Source of the DNA: an uncultured virus (IMG/VR IMGVR_UViG_3300034071_002938)
Lineage: Duplodnaviria > Heunggongvirae > Uroviricota > Caudoviricetes
Reading direction: 5' to 3' (one strand)
Virus record (IMG/VR): IMGVR_UViG_3300034071_002938
DNA length: 64,000 nt
Below the pieces are notes generated by a model. That model was given only the letters and a program-made list of their open reading frames with translations. It was not told where the DNA came from and made no database searches. Of the stretch, positions 36,512 through 44,936 are shown piece after piece. Positions within the stretch are counted from its first letter, which is position 1; each line of letters begins with the position of its first letter. The position numbers were made by a program, and so were the translations under genes.

Positions 36512-37129
36512 ATGAGCAAAACAAAGTACATGATCGCGGCTGCAATAGCAGTGATCCTCCTGGCGGTTTCGCCGGTGCGGGGTCAACAGTCGCGCGAGAT
36601 CACACCTCAACTGGCTCTTGCAACGCTCACATGGAGTGAGGCTGGTTTGGTCTCTCGGCAGGAGCTGAACGGTCGGGTGAGATGGGGACAGGATGGCGAC
36701 ATGCGAGCCATCCATGCCGTGATTCTTCGCGGTGCTGAGCGGATGGACACGACGTACATGGGGTTCGCTCGCATGTACGCTCGGCGACTTCTCGGCGGCC
36801 GTGGCAACATCAATCGGCGTTGGTTGTGGGATCTTCATCCCGATGGCTCAGAGCCTACTGGCTGGCCCCGAACAGTCGTGGTTCGCGGAAGCGAGCAACC
36901 GCATCCTCCCTGGGAGAGCTACCGGACACGGTGGCTGAATACCTATGAACGTGCGGGCGAGGTGGTTCAGATGCAGCTCCACAACTGGAGATCATGGGGG
37001 CCTTGTGAAGAGGTACCTGATGACTGGGGAGGGGCCATGGATCACGAGAGAGCGGAGCGCATAGGGCTCCAGCTACTCGAGTGTGATGACAGCGTCCAGA
37101 ACAACTTCTACGTTCGACCCGGACGCTAA
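36512..37129 (+). CDS. Secreted protein, candidate cell-wall hydrolase (SleB/Hydrolase_2-like) endolysin
   Basis: N-terminal signal peptide; LA.LTWSEAG...D..AI.AVI.R resembles the SleB catalytic-Glu region. Confidence 0.45.
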   Translation: MSKTKYMIAAAIAVILLAVSPVRGQQSREITPQLALATLTWSEAGLVSRQELNGRVRWGQDGDMRAIHAVILRGAERMDTTYMGFARMYARRLLGGRGNINRRWLWDLHPDGSEPTGWPRTVVVRGSEQPHPPWESYRTRWLNTYERAGEVVQMQLHNWRSWGPCEEVPDDWGGAMDHERAERIGLQLLECDDSVQNNFYVRPGR

Positions 37130-37131
37130 CT

Positions 37132-37160
37132 AGGGCCCGCTTCGGCGGGCCTCTTTTTTT
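37132..37160 (+). terminator. Intrinsic terminator
   Basis: GGCCCGC-TTCG-GCGGGCC followed by TCTTTTTTT. Confidence 0.8.
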
Positions 37161-37168
37161 GAGGGATC

Positions 37169-37933
37169 ATGAAAGTCAGGCACGACTACAAGTCCGAGAA
37201 AGAGCTTTGCGACGTTCTGATCAACCATGCACGGAGCCATGGTTGGTTGGTATTTCCCGAGACCTCGGAGTTTGATCTTTTGCTGGTCGCTACGAACGAG
37301 GTTCGAGCAGTGCATGCGCGACCCGGGGATCAGATTGGCGTGCATGCAAAGATGCACCCCAACGTAGACGTCCTGGGTCAGGCGTTACCCTCGGCTCATT
37401 CAGAGCGCGGACCCCATTACCACGCAGTTCTGGTACCTGTTGCTACGCAAGAGTTCAAGGCCATCGCCGGTAGATGCCAGATCATGGTCATAGAGGGTGG
37501 GCGCCTAGAGCATCGCGGTAGGCGGTTTGTGCGAGATGTCTCTACGTCGCTCAACTACATGCCAGTCAACAAGAAGATTCCGTACAGCGAGCCACTCTGG
37601 CATCCTGACGTAGAGATCAATACGCCTGCCGGTGTTAGAAGCCCCAAGAAGATCACGCCATGGAAGGTATCTGCCGTACGTCTGTGTCTTCATGGACTCA
37701 AGGAAGGTTATCTCATCAACTCCGACTTCCGCGCAGCTGGAGTGTCGATGGCACTGTGGAGACAGTCCAACTGGGTCATCTCGACGGGACAGAAGATCGG
37801 TAAGTCGTTGAAGTACATTATCAACGAAGCTGCGACACCGCCTCATCTGAAGTGGCCTGAGATAGCTGCCATTTTGAAGGAGGATGAGTATGGAGGCCGT
37901 TCGACAGATCAAAGAAAGCGCTTGGGGTACTAG
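37169..37933 (+). CDS. PD-(D/E)xK-like nuclease-fold protein, possibly inactive
   Basis: SE.EL...GW.VFPE...FDLL.V...IGVHAK..N..V..QA; expected ExK appears as HxK. Confidence 0.5.
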   Translation: MKVRHDYKSEKELCDVLINHARSHGWLVFPETSEFDLLLVATNEVRAVHARPGDQIGVHAKMHPNVDVLGQALPSAHSERGPHYHAVLVPVATQEFKAIAGRCQIMVIEGGRLEHRGRRFVRDVSTSLNYMPVNKKIPYSEPLWHPDVEINTPAGVRSPKKITPWKVSAVRLCLHGLKEGYLINSDFRAAGVSMALWRQSNWVISTGQKIGKSLKYIINEAATPPHLKWPEIAAILKEDEYGGRSTDQRKRLGY

Positions 37934-38258
37934 GTTCTGTCCAAGTGAGGTGGGGATCTCCTACGTACTCCAGGTGCTGCGACGGGACCTTGATTGGCGG
38001 CCAGCAGTCCTGGAGTTGCTCTACTACCGCCTCCTAGGAAGGATCCCTTACCGGCGTGCTGAGAACACCGTAGATCGGGAGCGCGGCATGTGGGCGCGAA
38101 TCCATATGCCGTTACTGGTTGTAGACGAGCTAGCAGCAAAGATAGAAGTGGCTTACGTGCTGATCTATCTTTCTCAGATGGGAACTATCGATGAAGTTTT
38201 GTCCATTCGAGATACATGCGGAACGGTTCTACCCGCTTCTCCGCCATCAGATCAATAA
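37884..38258 (+). CDS. FxP-motif-like protein (RFCPSEV)
   Basis: N-proximal TRFCPSEVGISYV. Confidence 0.5.
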   Translation: MSMEAVRQIKESAWGTRFCPSEVGISYVLQVLRRDLDWRPAVLELLYYRLLGRIPYRRAENTVDRERGMWARIHMPLLVVDELAAKIEVAYVLIYLSQMGTIDEVLSIRDTCGTVLPASPPSDQ

Positions 38259-38865
38259 CGCGGGAGGGATGACCAAGTGGTACGCCGCCTGCTCTGCGGA
38301 TATCCACACACTCACCGACAAGCAGATTACTTCTTGGATAGCTCAGCTTGCTGGGATGGATCAGGGGTTCACCAAGAACAAGACCAAGTTTGAGAAGGCA
38401 AAGAGTCTTCTGTCTGATGCGAGGATAGATCGCGGCGATTTGGTGACCACAAAACCCCGTGCAGCAAAGGGATGGGGCTACCACAACTGGCCCTACTATT
38501 CAGCAGCCCTCCTAGTCATGATACAAGAGGCTAGGAGGTTGCCACCTATGAAATGCATGTCGTGTTCTGTAACCCTTGCCGGACCGAGTCAGATCTTCGG
38601 TACTCTTCTTGTCTGTACGTCTTGCAAGGCGTTGGCGGAGGAAGCTCGCACCAATATCTTCGCCAAGATCGATGAGGCGAAGAAGTCCGCTCTTTCCTGG
38701 CTCGAGGATTACATTCTTCGGGGTGGCCTCCTGAAAGGATCAGATGGACTCAACGGATCAGGACTACCGGTTCACGTTCTCTCTACGCTGCAAGGGCTGC
38801 AAAGCCACAAGGCAGCTGAAGATACCAGCGATACCGCTAGCGGTAGGAAGCACCCTACCGACTAG
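38191..38865 (+). CDS. FxP-motif-like protein with internal CxxC..CxxC domain
   Basis: MKFCPFEIHAERF; in-frame AGGAGG-ATG at 38548 may start a second product. Confidence 0.55.
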   Translation: MKFCPFEIHAERFYPLLRHQINNAGGMTKWYAACSADIHTLTDKQITSWIAQLAGMDQGFTKNKTKFEKAKSLLSDARIDRGDLVTTKPRAAKGWGYHNWPYYSAALLVMIQEARRLPPMKCMSCSVTLAGPSQIFGTLLVCTSCKALAEEARTNIFAKIDEAKKSALSWLEDYILRGGLLKGSDGLNGSGLPVHVLSTLQGLQSHKAAEDTSDTASGRKHPTD

Positions 38866-38992
38866 CTTCGGAGAGGATGCCTCCTGCCATAGGTGCAGGC
38901 GCTGTGAGATGGAGGTCCTCAACACGCCGCCTGCCGATCCACCTCCCCCGGTACCAGTGGGTTGGGTGACTGACCCAAGAGGAAAGAAGTAG
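38744..38992 (+). CDS. Small zinc-ribbon protein
   Basis: AAGGA SD; CKGC, CHRC. Confidence 0.5.
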   Translation: MDSTDQDYRFTFSLRCKGCKATRQLKIPAIPLAVGSTLPTSFGEDASCHRCRRCEMEVLNTPPADPPPPVPVGWVTDPRGKK

Positions 38993-39415
38993 ATGGATAT
39001 CCTACGGATCACAAGGGACGGTCAGTCACTAGCCCGAACAACACTGTGGCTTGTCGATGCCGTGCGAGGCCACACCGTGGTGGCTATTCCGCGGCTTCAT
39101 CTGTCCCAAGAGGCTGCACTCTCGTTCAATGCTGGGCAGAACTACTCTGAGGTGTTTAAGGAAGCGAAGATCAGCGTCCTTGGCAACCCAGAGCGCAACT
39201 TCGTCGTGGTACATGCCAGCCTTGATCTTTACAAGGTTGGTTCTTCTACTATATCGTCGTTTGCCGTGTTCATTCCGAGCGCGGACGCCCCCCTTCCCCC
39301 GTGGGTCGAAGTGATCCGCAAAACAGCAGACATGCTCAGGAGTTCCTCAAATGGATGCAACCCAGTTCAAGACAAAGTTGATGGCAGAGGTCGACAAGCT
39401 TCTCGAGTCGGATGA
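38993..39415 (+). CDS. Hypothetical protein
   Basis: Abuts upstream stop; 140 aa. Confidence 0.5.
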   Translation: MDILRITRDGQSLARTTLWLVDAVRGHTVVAIPRLHLSQEAALSFNAGQNYSEVFKEAKISVLGNPERNFVVVHASLDLYKVGSSTISSFAVFIPSADAPLPPWVEVIRKTADMLRSSSNGCNPVQDKVDGRGRQASRVG

Positions 39416-39518
39416 GTTCGTGGACGCCGAGATGCCATTCTCCGAGTTCTGGGAAAGCGTGAGAGACCAACTCGACGACAACATCTCGGAAGAGGATGAG
39501 GAAGACGAGGAAGACTGA
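39351..39518 (+). CDS. 55-aa highly acidic protein (not in ORF track)
   Basis: AGGAG SD; MDATQFKTKLMAEVDKLLESDEFVDAEMPFSEFWESVRDQLDDNISEEDEEDEED; followed by a terminator. Confidence 0.65.
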   Translation: MDATQFKTKLMAEVDKLLESDEFVDAEMPFSEFWESVRDQLDDNISEEDEEDEED

Positions 39519-39520
39519 AC

Positions 39521-39548
39521 AGAGCCCCGCAAGGGGCTCTTTCTTTTT
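39521..39548 (+). terminator. Intrinsic terminator
   Basis: AGAGCCCC-GCAA-GGGGCTCT followed by TTCTTTTT. Confidence 0.8.
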
Positions 39549-39563
39549 GATCAAGGAGGCTCT

Positions 39564-39869
39564 ATGGCGATAGCTACGATCAGCCCAACCACGGAAGCAC
39601 CAACTACCGAGGAGTATGTCCGCTACCACTACATGAGGAAGCTCGAGCGCAACAGGGACCTGACTGCGCACTACGACCGCGTGTTCTCTGGCTTTGACGG
39701 AACCAACTACCTTTACAAGCGATCGCTCAAGAAGTTGAAGGAGTGGGCTTCTAAGCACGTATCGGAAGTGTGGGTGGTTGGTCACCGCGTCTACACGAAT
39801 GAATGCGAGGGATCAACACACATCACTGCTGAGGAATGCATGCGGATCCTTTTCAAGGATCGTCTGTAA
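39564..39869 (+). CDS. Hypothetical protein
   Basis: AAGGAGG SD. Confidence 0.6.
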   Translation: MAIATISPTTEAPTTEEYVRYHYMRKLERNRDLTAHYDRVFSGFDGTNYLYKRSLKKLKEWASKHVSEVWVVGHRVYTNECEGSTHITAEECMRILFKDRL

Positions 39870-39877
39870 AAAGATCC

Positions 39878-39907
39878 TTGACACGGGATCACACGAGTGT
39901 ATCTAAT
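39878..39907 (+). promoter_or_regulatory. Possible sigma70-type promoter of the histone-like gene
   Basis: Perfect TTGACA; TATCTAAT 16-18 nt downstream; overlapped by GGGATCAC...GTGATCCC inverted repeat. Confidence 0.4.
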
Positions 39908-39985
39908 GCGTGATCCCACTATCAGATCATGTACGGCGATCTGCCTTACGGATCGAAGATTCATCGAACAGGAAAGAGGAACACC

Positions 39986-40327
39986 ATGGCACGCACCGAA
40001 CTCACGAAGACCGAGATCAACAACTACATCGGCGAGTACTCCAAGCAGCTCGGCATCAGCCGCGACGAAGCCTCGCACCGCCTTCTTGCAACTGGCGTGA
40101 GCCGACACCGCGCCCTCAACGCCTACCAGTCGTCCCAGACAAAGACGGCGAAGAAGGCGCCGAAGAAAGCAGCCACGAAGGCAGCTCCCAAGTCGGCTGC
40201 GAAGGCGGCACCGAAGGCAGCCGCGAAGGCAGCTCCCAAGGCAGCGCCGAAAGCCGCGCCCAAGGCAGCTCCCAAGGCAGCGCCGAAGAAGGCCTCGAAG
40301 CCGCCTGTCAGTGAAGGCGAAGAGTGA
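39986..40327 (+). CDS. Histone H1-like (AAPK-repeat) nucleoid protein with N-terminal helical DNA-binding-like domain
   Basis: GAGGA SD; KAAPK/KAAAK tandem repeats at ~40147-40300. Confidence 0.75.
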   Translation: MARTELTKTEINNYIGEYSKQLGISRDEASHRLLATGVSRHRALNAYQSSQTKTAKKAPKKAATKAAPKSAAKAAPKAAAKAAPKAAPKAAPKAAPKAAPKKASKPPVSEGEE

Positions 40328-40348
40328 TCGAGTAGCGAGAGTCTGATT

Positions 40349-40378
40349 AGGCCCGGAGAGATCCGGGCCTTTTCTTTT
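40349..40378 (+). terminator. Intrinsic terminator directly followed by CCTATAAG motif (40381-40388)
   Basis: AGGCCCGGA-GAGA-TCCGGGCCT followed by TTTCTTTT. Confidence 0.8.
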
Positions 40379-40420
40379 GCCCTATAAGTCGGTAGAGACC
40401 GAGACTTCGCAGGAGGGAAC

Positions 40421-41539
40421 ATGAACAAGCTCTATAAGCGCACAGCAACGAACGCCATCCAGGTGTGGTGGCAGGAGATCGTTGGAGGCACCTATCGAAC
40501 ATGCAGCGGACAGGTTGGAGGCGTGATCACGTACAGCGAATACACGAAAGCCGCCGAGAAGAACTCTGGCAGATCCAATGCCACGACGGTCGAAGAGCAG
40601 GCTCGTCTTGAGGTTGAATCGAACTATCGGAGGAAGATCAAAGACGGGTATGTGGACACACCAGAAAGCGCGGGAACGGCAAGCCGCTTCACTCCCATGC
40701 TGGCGAAGTCCTACGAGGACTACGAAGATCAGCTACCCAGTGAGGTGTGGAGCCAGCCGAAGCTCGACGGCATTCGGTGCATCGCGAACAAGGATGGGCT
40801 CTGGTCTCGTAAGGGAGATCGGATTGTGAGCTGCCCGCACATCGAGCAAGCCCTTCGCCCGCTGTTCGATGAGGTACCCGGGATGATCTTGGACGGGGAG
40901 CTTTACAACCACGAACTGAAGGAGAACTTCAACGAGATCACCAGTTTGGTGAAGACGACAAAGCCGACGAGTGCACATCTCGCCAAGACCGCGGCAGTGG
41001 TTCAGTACCATATCTATGACGCGATCGCAGATGCAGAGCATGACTGGCCTCAGCGACTGCTCAACGTCTCAGATGCTGTTCAGCTGGTTGAGTCTCCAGC
41101 GATTGTGGCGGTTCGTACGGCCTCGATCACCCTGATCCATGGCCGAGAGCTTCTGGATGCCATGTACAGCTCGTACCTTGAGGACGGGTACGAGGGTCAG
41201 ATGATCCGGCTCAACAACACATACGAGATGAAGCGCTCCAAGTACTTGCTCAAGCGCAAGGAGTTTGTGGATTCCGAGTTTGAAGTCGTGAGCGTTCATG
41301 AGGGTGTCGGCAATGCATCGGGAGGCGCCAAGATCTGTGTCCTACGACATGACACAGACCCAAGCCGTACATTCTCTGCGGACATCATGGGTACCCGCGA
41401 ATACAGAGCTGATCTGCTCAAGAACAAGGAAGCTCTCATCGGCGCTATGGCTACGGTGAAGTACTTCAAGCAGCGAACACCGGCGGGAATCCCCCGGTTT
41501 GGGAAGGTCAAAACCTTCAACGTCGGTGGGAAATGGTGA
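40421..41539 (+). CDS. ATP-dependent DNA ligase with N-terminal WGR-like domain
   Basis: PMLA, QPKLDGIRC, SR.G, LDGELY, YHIYD, GYEG.MIR, KRS..LLK.K, TVKYF, GIPRF. Confidence 0.93.
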   Translation: MNKLYKRTATNAIQVWWQEIVGGTYRTCSGQVGGVITYSEYTKAAEKNSGRSNATTVEEQARLEVESNYRRKIKDGYVDTPESAGTASRFTPMLAKSYEDYEDQLPSEVWSQPKLDGIRCIANKDGLWSRKGDRIVSCPHIEQALRPLFDEVPGMILDGELYNHELKENFNEITSLVKTTKPTSAHLAKTAAVVQYHIYDAIADAEHDWPQRLLNVSDAVQLVESPAIVAVRTASITLIHGRELLDAMYSSYLEDGYEGQMIRLNNTYEMKRSKYLLKRKEFVDSEFEVVSVHEGVGNASGGAKICVLRHDTDPSRTFSADIMGTREYRADLLKNKEALIGAMATVKYFKQRTPAGIPRFGKVKTFNVGGKW

Positions 41540-41571
41540 TCGCGTTCCCCCTATAAGCAGTAGGAGGAACA

Positions 41572-41754
41572 ATGATCAACGTACATAGGAAAAGCCCCTC
41601 AGGCCACTTCATGGCGCTACCAGTCGCAGACATGAGTGCTGCCTGGAAGCTAGTAGACGAATGGACACAAACCGAAGAGGCTGTGTCCATCCATATCAGT
41701 AGCGGCGATCGTCTGATCGCTACTATTGATAAGAAGGAAGGAAAAGCAGCTTAG
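41572..41754 (+). CDS. Small hypothetical protein in its own promoter-terminator cassette
   Basis: CCTATAAG-AGGAGG leader; hairpin and U-tract at its end. Confidence 0.6.
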   Translation: MINVHRKSPSGHFMALPVADMSAAWKLVDEWTQTEEAVSIHISSGDRLIATIDKKEGKAA

Positions 41755-41778
41755 GCTGCTTTCTTTGTTAGGAGATCG

Positions 41779-42042
41779 ATGAGCAAGTTGCTCAGAACAG
41801 AACACGTGCGATTCATGCCTCGAGAACTTAACGAGGACACGCTCTACATCTCGCTCGAATACGAGGTGGCGATCCACCTCTGTGCCTGTGGGTGCAGAGG
41901 AAAGACAGTCACCCCGCTTGATGAGTCTGGTTGGAGGCTCTCAGAGAACGGGGCTGGGGCTACTCTCTCGCCCTCGATCAGCAACGCAAGCACGTGTGGT
42001 GCCCATTACTGGATTCGTGACGGAAAAGTCGTGCTTGCCTGA
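41779..42042 (+). CDS. DUF6527-like Cys/His protein
   Basis: MP..L....LYIS.EY..AIHLCACGC..K.VTPL...W......TL.PSI.....C..HYWIR.G.V. Confidence 0.7.
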   Translation: MSKLLRTEHVRFMPRELNEDTLYISLEYEVAIHLCACGCRGKTVTPLDESGWRLSENGAGATLSPSISNASTCGAHYWIRDGKVVLA

Positions 42043-42064
42043 AGGCAGCACAGAAAGGGAAGCC

Positions 42065-42430
42065 ATGACCAAGATGTTCGAGATCGCCGAGCGCGCAGAT
42101 AGGATCAAGAAGAGGTTGTGCAACATCGCGAGTATGCTCGTGCAGACCTACCACATAGAGGCCACGTCTGTTGAGACCTCTGATGGCGGGGGCACACCGG
42201 GGTATCTTGATTTCAGCCATGAAAACGGCGTGTTCGATCTGTACTTCGTTGTAGGGGGCAGCAGATATCGCATGTCCTTGCTCGATGCGTACTACGCACC
42301 GTACGCGGCGATCATGGTTCCCGATCTGCTCAACAAGCTCAAGGCTGCGGAAGCAGCTTACGAGATGCGGTTGGGGTACGCGGAGAAGTGTCTGAACGAG
42401 GTGTCTCAGGGAACACTTCCCAATGACTGA
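42065..42430 (+). CDS. Hypothetical protein
   Basis: Part of a tightly packed + operon; resembles 51485-51877 in layout (coiled coil, G.L.F, W/F.L). Confidence 0.55.
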   Translation: MTKMFEIAERADRIKKRLCNIASMLVQTYHIEATSVETSDGGGTPGYLDFSHENGVFDLYFVVGGSRYRMSLLDAYYAPYAAIMVPDLLNKLKAAEAAYEMRLGYAEKCLNEVSQGTLPND

Positions 42431-42866
42431 CCTGACCTACACAGAAAGGTCTTGGGATCCAACTCAGGACCTGAGTCCTCGCAGGAGAGCGCTGCTCGAT
42501 CCCATCCGATGGAAGAGGGGATGTCTAGTTCGGGTCGGGCCGCTATTCCATGCGCCGTTCGAAAGGATCGCGGAGGTCTTTGGTGTGATGGCATCCTCGC
42601 CTCAGCACAGCTTCCACATCCGTGTGGGTGATCCTGCCTGTGCCCAGCGGTTCTTCAAATGGGTGGTGGAGCAGGATGCTGAAGCCACCGGAGGAACTCC
42701 AGGTTTGCTTCACTGCGTCTACTCCGCGCTGCGCGCCGAATCCATCATGAGCGGGGGCGAAGAGCTTCATCAGAAGTACTGTGCGGATTCGAATGGGGAA
42801 TGGCCCCTTACGAACGTTTGGTACGCGATCGATTTCAACAACCTTCCAAAAGGAGATTTCACATGA
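42423..42866 (+). CDS. Hypothetical protein
   Basis: Overlapping start and stop with neighbours. Confidence 0.55.
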   Translation: MTDLTYTERSWDPTQDLSPRRRALLDPIRWKRGCLVRVGPLFHAPFERIAEVFGVMASSPQHSFHIRVGDPACAQRFFKWVVEQDAEATGGTPGLLHCVYSALRAESIMSGGEELHQKYCADSNGEWPLTNVWYAIDFNNLPKGDFT

Positions 42867-43687
42867 CAACAGATACACACGAAGAGGACATGTCGGCCTA
42901 TACGATCACTATCCCAAAGCAGTCTGAAGAGGAGGTCAAGTACCTTCGTGGATACTTCGATCAGCAAGAGACTGATGTTCAGATCCGTGACATTGTCGGC
43001 GTCGAGGTACGGATCACGCCCAAGCTCAACAGCGTTCTCAACATCGACACAGTGTCCTGGACGCTTCGCAAGTTCCTGAAGAAGTTCCGCCCAGATGACG
43101 TGATCTCTTTCGTCTGGGCCACGATCACCGACGATCGAAGGGTTTCGGCGGGAGGTGTCGTCGTGAGTGCAGACGGTGTCAGTCATATCGACCTCGCTGG
43201 TCAGACCATGAAGCGGGAGGATCAGGTCCGAAAGATCTACTCCCCTGTTCATCGCGAGGAGTATCGCCGGTTCGTCAGTATGTTGGCGCGCCACAACCAA
43301 TCAGAAGTCATCATGTTGAAGGTTCGCGACACGATCACCTTCAGCAAGGCAAAGCTGGCCTCAGTCGATCCCTACGAGTTGCATTCTCTCACCAACGCCA
43401 TCTGGTGTGGGCAGGCCGGTGAAGCTCTCGAGGGGAATGGGTGGGAGCGCCTGAACGAGCCAGGAATGGCAGTGCTGGCTTTCATGCAGCATTGGGAGGG
43501 CGTGAGCCTTGCCAGCAGCCGTGAGAGGTTCCTTGAGCTTCTCCGCGCCTACGACCCCAGCAAGAACAACAAGCCCTCATACGAAGACGACGTCTGGTTC
43601 AAGAATCAGATGGAGCAACGCATGTGGTCTCGTCCGTTCATGCTTGGGCCCACAGGAATCTTCCCCGGACAGTCTATCCGCCTATGA
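42863..43687 (+). CDS. Hypothetical protein
   Basis: AAGGAG SD, ATGA coupling. Confidence 0.6.
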   Translation: MTTDTHEEDMSAYTITIPKQSEEEVKYLRGYFDQQETDVQIRDIVGVEVRITPKLNSVLNIDTVSWTLRKFLKKFRPDDVISFVWATITDDRRVSAGGVVVSADGVSHIDLAGQTMKREDQVRKIYSPVHREEYRRFVSMLARHNQSEVIMLKVRDTITFSKAKLASVDPYELHSLTNAIWCGQAGEALEGNGWERLNEPGMAVLAFMQHWEGVSLASSRERFLELLRAYDPSKNNKPSYEDDVWFKNQMEQRMWSRPFMLGPTGIFPGQSIRL

Positions 43688-44109
43688 CTCCTGAGTATTG
43701 GTTGATCAAGCTTCCCGAAAGGGGGTTTTGGTCCGAGGAGATACAGGCGAAGACTACTGAGATCTGGGGAGTCTATGCATTCGCCCGGAATCAGACGACT
43801 CGAGTGTGCGAGATCACAACAAGCTACTGCCTCATGCATCTTGGCGCAGAGCATTCGCCCATTGAGGGCCTATCTGAGAAAGAGATTGAGAAGCTCAGTG
43901 AGGATATCGCTGAGGGAGCATCTCAGTCAGAACCGGTGACGTACATGCATGAGCGCGCCGTGGAGAATCTACTCCTGGCAGACCCGAGCATGGCCAAGAA
44001 GGTCTCTATGGAGTTTGATATCGAAGACTGCTCCACGGATACCGAGCGCTGGAATGCAGAGTTTGATCAACTACAAGAGGGCTGGAATACCGGCGCTCTG
44101 TCGTTTTAG
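43684..44109 (+). CDS. Acidic hypothetical protein
   Basis: ATGA coupling. Confidence 0.6.
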   Translation: MTPEYWLIKLPERGFWSEEIQAKTTEIWGVYAFARNQTTRVCEITTSYCLMHLGAEHSPIEGLSEKEIEKLSEDIAEGASQSEPVTYMHERAVENLLLADPSMAKKVSMEFDIEDCSTDTERWNAEFDQLQEGWNTGALSF

Positions 44110-44156
44110 GCGGAGACGCCTGCCACCTTAGAACAGGTAACCCTGTTCTTTTTCCT

Positions 44157-44174
44157 CCTATAAGATCTTGGAGG
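44157..44174 (+). promoter_or_regulatory. CCTATAAG putative promoter plus SD (18-bp exact repeat, copy 2)
   Basis: CCTATAAGATCTTGGAGG after a hairpin and U-tract. Confidence 0.65.
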
Positions 44175-44178
44175 ATCC

Positions 44179-44706
44179 ATGGATCAGACAATCTGTGAGG
44201 ATATCAAGTCGTATGCTCTTCGCGCGGAGGACGTTCGAACCGTCGTTGAACACAACAAGTGCGCGTTCTGCGTACGCATGCTGTACAAGAACGAAGCTCT
44301 TGTTGCAGTGAACGCCATGCTCGGAAAGGATGGGTACAAGATCACCGCGGGCTTCCACATCTGCGGCGAGTCTGTGCTTCTCAAGAATCTCAACGAAAAG
44401 ATCACTGGCTCGTGGGGACGGTCAGTTGACTCTTCGATCTGCTTCGTGGTGTCGGATGATCCGGGAGGCGTGAGCAAGGTCGCCACGTTTGTGGGTACGC
44501 CGTACAGCGTGTTGGTACGCTCCAACGACCGCGACGGCGGCTTGACGACGTTCACAATCCGTGACGGAGAGAAGACGATCGGCGGAGGAAAGACCTATCG
44601 AACAGGGTGCTTGGACTTCAGCCTGGACGCCTTCATCGAACATCCGGATTTCCTTCCCTTCACCGAGTCCGCCATCTGGTCGATTCACAACGAGTGGTTG
44701 GCATGA
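44179..44706 (+). CDS. Hypothetical protein
   Basis: Motif and GGAGG leader. Confidence 0.65.
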   Translation: MDQTICEDIKSYALRAEDVRTVVEHNKCAFCVRMLYKNEALVAVNAMLGKDGYKITAGFHICGESVLLKNLNEKITGSWGRSVDSSICFVVSDDPGGVSKVATFVGTPYSVLVRSNDRDGGLTTFTIRDGEKTIGGGKTYRTGCLDFSLDAFIEHPDFLPFTESAIWSIHNEWLA

Positions 44707-44936
44707 TTGATCGAGGGCTGCTGTCGAATGTAGTTCGAATCCTCTTGAGGGTTGCACCCGATGCCTCCGATCCCTCGATCAGCGTGCTCAAGGTGGTTTG
44801 GCAGGATCCTGCCTACGAGCACACGACGATATACCTGATTGGATGGCTCCAATCTTCTCTGGTGCAGCAGAAAGTTCTCACGATCGATGACGTTCGGGAG
44901 ATCAACAACGGGCTTTTCGTGGAGGTAACATCATGA
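44703..44936 (+). CDS. Hypothetical protein
   Basis: ATGA coupling at both ends. Confidence 0.55.
   Translation: MIDRGLLSNVVRILLRVAPDASDPSISVLKVVWQDPAYEHTTIYLIGWLQSSLVQQKVLTIDDVREINNGLFVEVTS

Noticed and set aside
39840..39960. GATC cluster as an oriC-like Dam-regulated origin
   Set aside because: GATC is frequent throughout the window, and no DnaA boxes or AT-rich unwinding element are seen here.
40147..40300. 12-bp-period tandem repeats as CRISPR or iterons
   Set aside because: They encode the KAAP repeats of the histone-like protein with synonymous variation and have no spacers.
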